Source of the DNA: Camelus dromedarius
Taxonomy: Eukaryota
Length of the DNA: 64,000 bases
Direction of reading: 5' to 3'
Assembly (NCBI RefSeq): GCF_036321535.1
Contig: NC_087436.1
Location: forward strand, 38,628,001-38,692,000
The position numbers and the translations under genes were made by a program. This document shows, piece after piece, positions 53,590 through 64,000 of the stretch; the first letter of the stretch is position 1, and each line of letters starts with the position of its first letter. Under the pieces are notes generated by a model, which saw only the letters and a program-made list of their open reading frames with translations, made no database searches and was not told the origin of the DNA.

Positions 53590-54810
53590 CTTCTCAGTGC
53601 GTTGCTCCCAAGACAAGTCTGAAATCCACCTTCCCACCTCCCCGCTCCGGGGCAGGCAGGGCTAGAATACCAGACTTACCCTGACCACCGGAGGCACTGG
53701 GCAGGTGAGGGTGGCGGAGACAGTTGTTTCTGAGTGCACAGGAACGGGTGGTGTTTGGAGGGAGCCGTTCTCTGTTAAGCGGTAAAAGGACACGGAGAGC
53801 AGTGACCTGGGCCAGGAGCCAGCGGGCTGTAAAAGCAGACAGCGCCGGGTATTTTCAGGAGGGCTCTATCCCGGTGGCCTCCTGCCCCGCAACCCTTAAA
53901 TGTACTGATACTGGGAAGGAACAGTAGCCTTCCTGTCGCCGAGACCTTGTTCCTCAGCAGGCACAGGTGAGGACCTACCGCCCTGCTCTCTGCCATGAGG
54001 CGCGCAGGGGCTCCCGGCAGCCTCTGGGAGCCTCTCGGCTTGCGCATGTGCAGTCTGCTCCCCAAAACCGACCTGCGCCAGTCTGATCCCGTCAGGGCCT
54101 GTTGGACCAGAGCCTGGTTTGGCACAGGTGAGCGTCAGGGAGGAGCCAGACCCCCCTCACCCTCAAACCGTCTTCTCTACCCGTTGACTTGAGCAGCTGG
54201 CTGGACAGTTGGAGGCAGACTCGGCCCTGCCCTATCTGGGATGCAGAGAAACTGGAACCTTCATAGTATAAATATGTATATATTAGCATGCGTGTAGGCC
54301 AGTGCCCTGAAAGCAAATTTACTGTGCGCTTCCCATGTTCCAAACCCAGTCTCGTCTCCCAGTGGGGCCCAGCAGAGGGAAGGATTTTCACAGCACCTGC
54401 GCTCCTCCGTGCGCAGCTTCTTAATCTTAACCCTCAGTCCCTCTACCTGTGGTCCACGGAAACGCAGCCAGGGACGAGGGCCGAGGGGAAATGGGAATCT
54501 CTCCTTGGGAGAACAGGAGGAAGAGGCTAGAGAACTTGGTACCCCCTAACTCCCGTGCCCTGGGAGGACAGGGGTCAGGAAACAGTCGGTGCCGTCCTGC
54601 CCCGCAGGCTGGGGGAGATGAAGATGTCGGTAAGTCCATCGCAGCTGGAGTTGCTGCTGAAGTGCCCGGGGGTGTAGGGAGGAGTCTGGGGCAGCAGCAA
54701 AGGAAGAGCTTTTTCCAGAGAGGCGAGGCGAGAAAGCAGATTACTTTTGGAGCTGGAAAGGAAAAGCCCTGGGATACTTTCCTCTATTCCAGGCCCTTAG
54801 GAGCCGTAGT
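53590..54810. promoter_or_regulatory. GC/CpG-enriched island, probable bidirectional promoter and first-exon region
   Basis: GC and CpG content rise sharply above the AT-rich background. NRF1-like tgcgcatgtgca at 54041-54052. Minus-strand donor AGG|GTAAGT at 53680. Plus-strand donors CAG|gtgag (about 53704, 53966 and 54127) and TCG|GTAAGT (54629). Confidence 0.65.
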
Positions 54811-54974
54811 TTTAAAATTCTAGATCTTCTTTCAAACAGTCCCATACTAATTCGAATATAACATACGAATTTTAAAAATATACTTCCATTTTTGTGCCTT
54901 AGTTTTCGTGCAATTTATATCTACGTGTGTTTTCTAAAAACCACCACAATGTTTTGCTATTGTTTATTAAGACA

Positions 54975-55825
54975 CAGTGGATCCTATGTTAATTGTATAT
55001 TTAACTTGTTAAGAAATTGCCAAACTGTTACCCAAAATGACTGTGACATTTTACGTTCAGCAGCAAACAAGGATTCCAGTTTCTCTACATCCCTGCCAAC
55101 ACTTGGAATTGTTAGCATTTTCAGTGTAAGCCATTTCAGTGGGTGTATAGTGATATTTAATGGTGATTTTAATTTGCATTTTCCAAATAATTAATGATAT
55201 GGGTAGTTTTCATGAGCTTTTTGGCCATGAAATGTCCAAATCTTTTTCTTTTGCTTTTTTCTTAATTGGGGTGGTCTTCTTATTGAGTTATGAGTTCTTT
55301 ATATATTCTGTGTATATATGTGTGTATACACCCCTTGTCAGAAAAATATGCAAATATTTTCTCTCATTTTGCTGCTTGCCTTTTTGTAAACATTTGCCTT
55401 TTGACAAGTGAAAATTTTGATTTTGATGAAATCCAGTTTATCAAATTTTTCATTTATGTCTTATGATTATGTCTTAGCTAAGAAATCTTTGCCTTATCCA
55501 AGGTTATTATATCCAAGTCTAAAAGACTTACGGTTTTAACTCCTATATTTACACATGTGACCTAATTTGAATTACTTTTTGTGTATGGCATAATGAAAGA
55601 GCTGAGATTCATTTTTTTCCATACAGATATCCAGTTATTCTGGCACAGTTTACTGAAAAGACTATATGTTCCCCCCTTGATTTTTTGACATCGTTGTTGA
55701 AAATCAGTTGATTGTAAGTGTTGATCTATTTCTGAATTGTTATTTCTGTTCCATTGATCCATGTGTCTATTCTTAACCATTATTATATTGCCTTGATTAC
55801 AATAGTTTTATAAACCTCGAAATCA
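54975..55825 (-). mobile_element. Old L1 ORF2 3' region
   Basis: Minus ORF VKNRHMDQWNR...SLFSKLCQNNWISVWKKMNL...PYTKSNS is homologous to the ORF2 at 30528-31718. Confidence 0.85.
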
Positions 55826-56007
55826 GATGATATAAATCCTCCTGTGTGGGTTTGTGGGGGTGTGTGTGTGTGTGAAAATTAAGAGGAGTTTTACTGACTT
55901 TTAAATGTTTTTGGAGAAAACCATTCACATGTAAAAGCTTGACATTTGATATGAGATTTATTCACACTTTATTTTGACATAAATTATTGAATCTGGAGGT
56001 CAGATTA

Positions 56008-56346
56008 CTGTCATCCCTAGGTATCCACAGGGAACTGGTTCCAGGACCCCTTCCATAGATACCAAAATTCACCTATAACTCAAATCTCTTATATAAAATG
56101 GCATAGTATTTGCATATAACCTATGCAGTCCTCCTGTATACTTTAAATAATTTCTAGATTAATTATAATACCTAATATTATGTAAATAATTATAAATGGA
56201 ATGTAAATATGTAAATAGTTGCTGGTGCATGGCAATTTCAAGTTTTACTTTTTGAAACTTTCTGGAATTTTTTTTTTTTTTTGTATTTTCGATCCACAGT
56301 TGGTTGAATCTGTGGACGTGGAACCCATGGATATGGAGGGTCAACT
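56008..56346. mobile_element. MER2-like Tigger MITE
   Basis: Runs ctgtcatccctaggtatccacagggaactggttccaggacccc...ggttgaatctgtggacgtggaacccatggatatggagggtcaact. Confidence 0.85.
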
Positions 56347-56419
56347 TTATTTTAAAATATCGTTTAGAAATGCTAGTTTGAATTTCTCTATAAATTATAC
56401 AGTAAGCTTACCAATTTCT

Positions 56420-57680
56420 ACTTACCCTAATTTATGAAAGATACTTACTAGATAGAGAATTTTAAGTTGACACTTTTTCTGCCAGCATTTTAGAGAATTA
56501 AATCCATTATCTTTGGAATTGCATAATTTATGACAAGAATTCTGCTGTTATTTTTGTCTTTGTTTCTCTAGATGCATGTGTCTTTGTTCTCTTGATGCTC
56601 TTAAGATTCTTGCTTTAACACTTTTTCAGCAGTTTGATTATAATGAAACTTGGAGAGGTTTTATTTATGCTTATTTTACTTGGGCTTCATTTTGCCTTTT
56701 GGATCTGTGGGTTTATAGTTTCTTTAAATCAGATTTGGAAAACTTTTGGCCATTATTTCTTCAAATATTTTTCTGTTCCTTTCCTTCTCTTCTGGAATTT
56801 CAGTTGTGTATATGTTGAATCATTTGTTACTGTCTCATGGGTCACTGGAAACTAACTTTTTTTAATCTTTTTTTCTCTGTGCTTCATTTTGAATACTTTT
56901 TAATCAGTATTCAATATGTATATTGAAGTTGTGCTGTTTTAAAGTTCATGTCTGTTGATTAGTTTTACTCTCTTCCTCATTTTGGATCTACTTTATTGAC
57001 TGACTTTTCCTAAGCTATGGGTCACATTTTTCAGCTTCTTCACATTTTTGGTTGGATGCTGGACATCATGGTTTTATGTATTTTTGAGTGCTGCGTTTTA
57101 TTATATCTTTTAGGATCAATCGATCTAGATTACCTGTAGGGCTTATTTAGCCCCACTTTTAAGATGAGGCTCTTCTGGAGTCTCTACTAAATACATCATG
57201 TATTCATGAAGGTCTCTTTACTTTGAATTATGGTAACTTAAGTGATTCTCAGACCTTTAAGAGCTCCAGAAGTTATTCGGCTTACAGCTCCTTGGTGATT
57301 GTTCTTTCCTCTGATATTGTTCATTTCCAGTGATATATTTGTAGATTCAGCGGGACTCCTGGGAAGGTATCTGGGGCATCTCTGTGTAGCTCCTTCCTCT
57401 TAGGCCGTGTGTTCTACGAATTCTAGTTGCTTCGGCTTTCCCAAAAGATAAGTACTGTCTCTTCAACTCCTTGACATCCCCAGGTTTTTGTCTGTATCCT
57501 CCTTCCTGTACTTCAATGGAAATTACTTCTAGGCAGAAAGCATGGGCAAAGGAAGGACTCATCTAACTCATTTGTTTTTCTTTCATCCAGGATTAATGTC
57601 CTGTGTTGCCTACCATCAAGTATCTTAAAATAGTTATTTCCTAAAATTTGTCCAGTTTATCTTTCATGGCCGAATTATGA
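56420..57680 (-). mobile_element. Old L1M ORF1/5' region fossil
   Basis: T-rich text typical of antisense L1 ORF1 (tttggaaaacttttggccattatttcttcaaatattttttctg), followed by 5'-UTR-like sequence. Confidence 0.6.
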
Positions 57681-57779
57681 TGTAACTTAGAATGAGGTTT
57701 GGTTTTAGAAAATTCTGAGATTTAGTACCTTTGAAATATAGTAGAATTAAATCATACATTTGGTTGTTAAAAAAAGAAA

Positions 57780-58480
57780 AGGGTAGCTGCCTTTATTATT
57801 TAATCTCATACATCCTCTGGAGTTCAGTCCCTTTTGCAAGCAGGAAAAGATAAAATAAAATTGGACAAGTAAAATTAACTCAGCTTCTTTTGATTCTAAA
57901 ATATTTGGGGGGAGGGTTGGAAATCGGTCAGTTAGAGGTTAGTCACAACTGTTTCTTCCTCCGTGGAGACTTCTCTCAGTCTCTTTCCTTTACAGCTAGC
58001 TTGTTGGTCCAGGCCAACATGGTGGTATAGGGAAGGATCCTTGGTCCACATGTCATCTTCTAAAATTTCCATTTCTCTCTCTCTTCACTGTGTAGACCAA
58101 AACAGTGCCAACTAGGGTATGACTGGTCTGGTGTTTTTCCATGGTGTCATCTGCCATTGTTGCCTCTGGATCTTATCATGTTCCCTCATCCTAAGGTCCC
58201 AAGAGTGGCTCTTTTCTGTTTTCTGATTGTCTCAAATCTGTGACCTTTGTGCGAGGCCGAAGAGCCCCCAGTAGATTTTCCTTACCATTCCACAGTATGA
58301 AGAATTCTTTGAGGCAGCCATCAAACATTGCCTCAGACATTGCTCTTCTGCCCAGAGACTATATAATATGAACACAAGGCTGAATGCAGGGTTTGCCAAG
58401 GAGTTTACAGCATTCCCTCTTCCCTCTCCCCAGGGCATTAGCACCCAGGTGGGTGAGTGCATCACTTGTTCTGAGCTCTC
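57780..58480 (-). mobile_element. Possible ancient ERVL-type LTR fossil
   Basis: Minus-strand aataataaa near one end, LTR-like composition and no coherent coding frame. Confidence 0.25.
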
Positions 58481-58989
58481 CCACTTCTCTTTCACTAGTT
58501 TTCAAATCCTGTTCTTAAGTGAAAAGGAACTCCCCATCCTGTTATAAGGGAACTTTCCTTGAAATACAGTTACTGTTCTCTTTATGCTGTGGCTTCTTAT
58601 AAATACAATACTATAGGAATTGAGTGAACCAAGCCCAGACTTCTAATTGTAAAGAGAAGCTTTGGGATTTATAAAACAGTCTTGTTCTTTAACAAAGCAT
58701 GGCTTCATGACTAAAGTCTCACAATGGACTAAAAAATGTCAGCTTGTAGACTCAAAGAGGAATGAAAGGCCTCTTTGTTTTGTACCTACTCTCTGAAGCA
58801 ATAAATGCCATTAATTCAACAGATAGGGCAGCCATTAAACACCTAGGGACTAGGGAAGAAAAAATAAAGAAAACACTGATTAAATACGTGAAAAACATTA
58901 TCCCTTTAACTTCTTCATAGTAAATCTTTGCATAAGGATTGACTTTCATCATATCCTCCTCCTCCCTACAGCATCCATATAGCCTAGTT

Positions 58990-59910
58990 GTAATAATAAT
59001 AAGAGCTAAAATGTATTGATTGCATATGGTTTGTCAGGCACTTCACTAGGTGCTGTAACCTCACCTAATCCTCTTAACAATCCTATGTGGTGTGTATTAT
59101 CATTACCTCTGTTTTACAGAAAGGAAAGCTGATTCACAAAGAGGTTAAGTAACTTGCCCAAGATCACATAGACACTTTATCTTGGATAAAATTATGTAAC
59201 CTTTAATTTTCAAAATTTTCATCTGTAGAATGAGAATAACAATTGCGATAATATAAATGAGGCAGGATGTGTAGCAGTTAAGCAAAAGCTTCGCAGATGC
59301 AGACTGCCTGGGTTCAAATTCTGTGTCCCTGGGTTACCAGCTGGTACCCTTGGGTTCCTTGACCTTTCTGTTCTTTAGTTGCCCCAACTATAAGACAGAA
59401 AGGATGAAAAATACATCTGCCTCTAAGGACTAGTGTGAATTAACATAAGTAGATATTTGGACCCAAGCCTGGCACATAGCAAGTTCTCAGTAAATGTTAG
59501 CTCTTTTTAAAGGTTCACCTTACCTTATCTGAAATCTTGGAAGCCAGGCAAATTTTGGAATTTGGAAACATTTTTTAAAATGGCAATATGGAACTGAACC
59601 CTAGTGGGATCTGAGAAACAGCCCATGACCAAACATTAAGACTTCTGTAGTAAAATACACAAATATTCACTTTTAATGGGATAAATAAAAACTAAAAATA
59701 GCCTCATGTCAGTTCATGTCAGATTTTGCTGTCAAATCAATGATTTCAAAATTTTAGTTTTCAGAGATTTTGTTTTTTATTTTAGGACTTCAGATGAAGT
59801 ACTATGGAATGTGTTCTTTGTATTGTGAGGATTAAATGAGGTGATCTGTGTGGGCTAAGTTAAGCAGAATGCCTGGAACATAGAAGTTCTCCGTAAGTGT
59901 GTGTTTGTCA
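58990..59910. mobile_element. MIR cluster with a Tigger-like MITE (about 59510-59815)
   Basis: Several MIR cores (aagaggttaagtaacttgcccaagatcaca, gactgcctgggttcaaat, gtgaggattaaatgag), interrupted by a Tigger-like segment. Confidence 0.65.
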
Positions 59911-60559
59911 CTGTTATTGAAATTCATACTGTTAATATTTCTGTTATATTAAATTCTCAACATTTATAGCTAGAGCAGCATCTTCATAGTCCTTTTCCAG
60001 TATTCTCCCACAGGTAACTGCCTGTGAAGTTCCTAGATTTCCTTATTCTGTCATATTTTATGCCTGAGCATGAAATTCATCTACCCCCTTTATCACCTCC
60101 ACCTTCCTTGGTGAACAGTCCCTTATTTGATCCCCCAGCCTTGTCACTGCCTCATCAGTCACAATGAAAGAAAGAACACAGCCTCCTAGAAAAAGGAAGA
60201 CAGAAAGAAGAACACAATCCTTGTCATTTATTGAGTTTTTGCTTTGGGATCAATGCTAGGTACTTTATATGATTACCTTATTTAATTCTCTCAACTACTT
60301 TGTGGGGTAGGCCTTGTCATTCTCTTTTTACAGCCTGCGAAAATGAAACAAGAGAGCTTAAGATACACATTTTTCTGAAGTTTAAGAACTACTGAGGTTA
60401 TAGGTGTTATTAAAATACTAGATATTATGGGTGGACTAATGAGTGCCATCAGATCCAGAGTCAGGTGAGATTGATTTACAGGTGCCCCTTCCAACCTAGG
60501 TTGTGTAACTTTGGTCACTCTGCAGGATGGGGATTAAAGACATTCCCCAAAACACACAA

Positions 60560-60780
60560 GGCTGTATAACCTTTTCTTCTCAGCTCACCTTCAGCATTTT
60601 GCCAGCCTACATCATGTTCACTCCCTACATCTATTTTGTGTACTCCCTCCAGTCTGTCACTCTCACCAGATTAAAATCTCCTTTGAAAGCAAGGGCCATG
60701 TCTAATTCCCCTCTGTATCCATTGCCAAACCACAGTGTTTTACACATAGTAACTTCTTTATATGTTTTTGATGAAACAGA
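60560..60780 (+). mobile_element. L2 3' end
   Basis: Contains caccagattaaaatctcctttgaaagcaagggccatgtct...tgtatcc...cacatagtaa. Confidence 0.6.
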
Positions 60781-62617
60781 AGTTAAAGCAATACCTCAAG
60801 GGAAATCTTAGACTGGCATTTCAACCTCAATTGTGTCCTTATTTTTACACATACATCAGACTCAAAATCAGCTACAGCCCTTTCCTTCCTTTGAGTTCCC
60901 CAAAACTGAGGAATCTTGGGGTTCTTGTAAAATAACTGTAAAAGAACATTTTAAACATTATACTAAGTGTCTCCAGGCAAATATCTACTTAGTTATTCCT
61001 ATCCTCAGGTCTCTGAAATTATAAAATGCACTCCTCTTTTCCTCTGTGTGTATGCAGTGTAGATGTGTAGCCATGGAGTGTGGATAGAAACCCTCAAACA
61101 TTAAGCCCAAGTCAATTTAAGAATTAAATAAAGAAATCCACAGACAGCCCTTATCATTTCCCTATTTTTCAGGGTAGCTTTCTTATAAAACACACCTATA
61201 TAAAAATTATATAACAAAAGCTATTGAAATGATATGACTTCACCCCAGTCATCCATGGAGCGTGTGCTTAATAGCCACTTAATTTGAGTCTTTCTGTTTT
61301 CCAGAAAACCATTTTCCGTTAGTAAGGAATTTAGTTGCATGACACTTTGGGCCTTTATGGAATACTAGCACTGTTCTAGGACAATGAACACTCAAATCTA
61401 TATATCCATATTCACTTACATATCTGCTGGAATCAGCATGTTCACATGAAGGGGTTGAGGGGCAGCAGGATGTGGGGGTGGTGGAAAAAGATAGGAGATT
61501 TGTATGTTTTTACTTAAATTAAAATGACAAATCAACGGAAATAAAAACATTTTCTAAAGATGATTTTCATGTGTTAAAGAGAACGGCAATTGTCTAGCTG
61601 GTAAAAATATTAATAAATTTGTGGAGGCAACGTAGGTACTCACATTTTTTCCCTAATGTCAAAGTAAAAACACTGAGGTTTGGATAGGGCAAATCAATTG
61701 TCTAAAGTCACTCAGTAAAGAACAGAAGTTTTGAGGAAAACGGAAGTTTCTTTTCACCTTATAAATAGTAAATCCAAATCAAGTGAATAAGTTAAAGAAT
61801 GAAAAAAATGAGATAAAGAGTTTCAGTTTCCATTTTGTCTTGTGGTCAATAAACATTAAATTCTAATTTAGATATATTTTCTTTGAAAATTTTTAAGTGA
61901 AGAGAGAAATGTCATCTATCAATGTCAAGTAGTAAATTATTAAGCACTTCTAATTTACATCATCAACTTTTAAATTAAAATTTTATCACAAAGCTAATTT
62001 AAAAAGAGAAGACAGCCTTAAAAAAACAAAAGGATAGGTGAGACATTCTACAGTTTCTCAGTTGAAGAAACTGTGGTTCCTTTTCTCATGATACCAAAAG
62101 CTCTGTGCATGGTGGACCACGTCTTATTAGAATGTGTCTCTCTGTACAGCAGAACAGTGATGTTACTTTCCCAGCAGCTGATTGGGTCAGTCTGCCCCAG
62201 GGCACTCAGCTGACCACAGGTTATTACATTCCCAAGACTGAAGACTGTACTTTTTTGCCCCCCTGCACTTAATGCATCATTTCTCTCTTTAGAAAGTCAG
62301 ACTTCTTCCTCTGAGAAAGTAATGCAGAAATTCTGCTGAATTATGGCACTTTAAAACTGGAGCTTGATCTATTTTTTTTCTTCTTTAATTCCTGGAGAGT
62401 AAATGGAAAAATATATTTAATTCCTGATGTGACTTTGACCTCCACTTTCTCAGTTAATAGAATGGACATTTGAAATTTTTGCACTGGAAAAAAAAATTGC
62501 CATACACTTATATTGTAGCTTTATGTCAAGAAGACTAGGGTTCTTTTGGGTTAAGAGTTATGGGTAAAACTGAGAAAAAAAAGGATTCATTAACCAGGAA
62601 TTAGTTCAGTGATCTAG

Positions 62618-64000
62618 TTTTTTTTTAATTGACATATAGTTGGTTTACAATGTTGTGTTAATTTGTGGTGTACAGCATAGTGTTTCACTTATACATGTAT
62701 ATATTCCTTTTAATATTGTCTTTCATTATAGATTATTACAAGATATTGAATATTGTTCCCTGTGCTATACAATAGGACCTTGCTGTTTATCTATTTTATA
62801 TATAGTAGTTATTATCTGCAAATCCCAAACTCCTAATTTATCCTTCCACCCTCCCTTTCCCCCTTGGTAACCATAAGTTTGTTTTCTGTGTGTGTGAGTG
62901 TGTTTGTTTTGAAATAAGTTCATTTGTGTCTTTTTTTTTTTTTTTTTTTTAGATTCCACATATAAGTGATATCCTATGGTATTTTTCTTTGTCTTTCTGG
63001 CTTGCTTCACTTAGTGTCACAATCTCCAGGTCCATCCATGTTGCTACAAATGGCATTACTTTTTTATGGCTGAGTAGTATTCCATTGTATATATATTCCA
63101 CAACTGCTTTAGCCAGTCCTCTGTCAATGGACCTTTAGGTTGCTTCCATGACTTGGCTATTGTAAATAGTGCTACTATGAGCACTGGGCTGGATATATCT
63201 TTTCGAATATATCTTTAGATTTCCCTCTGGATAGATGCCCAGGAGTGGGATTGTGGGATCATATGGTAGGTCTATTTTTAGCTTTTTGAAGAATCTCCAT
63301 ACTGTTTTCTATAATGGCTGCATCAAACTACATTCCCACCAACAGTGTAGGACAGTTTTCTCCAGACCCTCTCCAGCGTTTATCGTTTGTGGACTTGTGA
63401 ATGATGGCCATTCTGAGTGGTGTGAGGTGATGCTTCATTGTAGTTTTGATTTGCATTTCTCTGATAATTAGCAATGTTGAGCATTTTTCGTGTGCCTATT
63501 GGCCAATTGATGTCTCCACTGGAGAAATGCTTGTTTATGTCTTCTGCCCATTTTTGGATTGGGTTGTTTGTTTGTTTGGTTTGTTACTGAGTTGTGTGAG
63601 TTGTTTGTATATTCTAGAAATTAAGCCCTTGTCAGTCTCATTTTTTTGCAAATATTTTCTCCCATTCCATTAGATTGTCTATTCATTTTGTTTATGGTTT
63701 CCTTTGCTGTGAAATAGCTTATAAGTTTGATTACATCCATTTATTTATTTTTGCTTTTATTTCTGTTTCTTGGGTAGACTACCATAGGAGAACATTGTTA
63801 AGATTAATGTCAGAGAATGTTTTGCCTATGTTTTCTTCTAAGAGGTTTATAGCGTCTTTATCTTATGTTTAAGTCTTTAAACCATTTGAAGTTTATTTTT
63901 GTGTTTGGTGTGAGGGAGTGTTCTAGCTTCGTTGATTTACATGCAATTGTCCAATTTTCCCAACACTTCTTGCCAAAGAGACTGTCTTTTCTCCATTGCA
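62618..64000 (-). mobile_element. L1 3' UTR and ORF2 C-terminal region, continuing past the window end
   Basis: Poly-T followed by the antisense L1 3' UTR and ORF2 sequence, homologous to 28768-30140. Confidence 0.93.

Noticed and set aside
57780..58480. Processed pseudogene suggested by a minus-strand AATAAA
   Set aside because: The adjacent A-run is on the wrong strand for a poly(A) tail and there is no coherent coding frame.
62130..62275. Plus-strand exon downstream of the promoter island
   Set aside because: The frames close within about 50 codons and there is no convincing donor site.
1..64000. CRISPR array, operon or other prokaryotic system
   Set aside because: The sequence is mammalian repeat-rich DNA with no regularly spaced repeats or dense coding.

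Overview
This is mammalian genomic DNA, most likely camelid, judged from a Vic-1-like tRNA-derived SINE with a target-site duplication (TSD) at 2325-2456 and artiodactyl-type L1 3' ends. It is AT-rich and dominated by fossil transposable elements: L1 of several ages, L2, MIR, MaLR/ERV solo LTRs, hAT-Charlie elements and Tigger MITEs. I could not recognise any host protein-coding gene; the only long ORF (396 aa) is the 3' part of ORF2 of a young L1. A GC/CpG-enriched island at about 53.6-54.8 kb has an NRF1-like motif and strong splice donors on both strands, so it looks like a bidirectional promoter, possibly for a leftward spliced transcript. Other notable structures are an mRNA 3'-UTR retrocopy inside a Charlie1-like element inside a hAT transposase fossil, a stack of three nested L1s, a 5'-inverted L1, repeated hAT insertions at one 8-bp site and a speculative series of decayed plus-strand exons. 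Repeat family names come from recalled consensus sequences and need Dfam/RepeatMasker confirmation. No CRISPR array, rRNA or true tRNA gene is seen, and I cannot support a claim of a new biological system.
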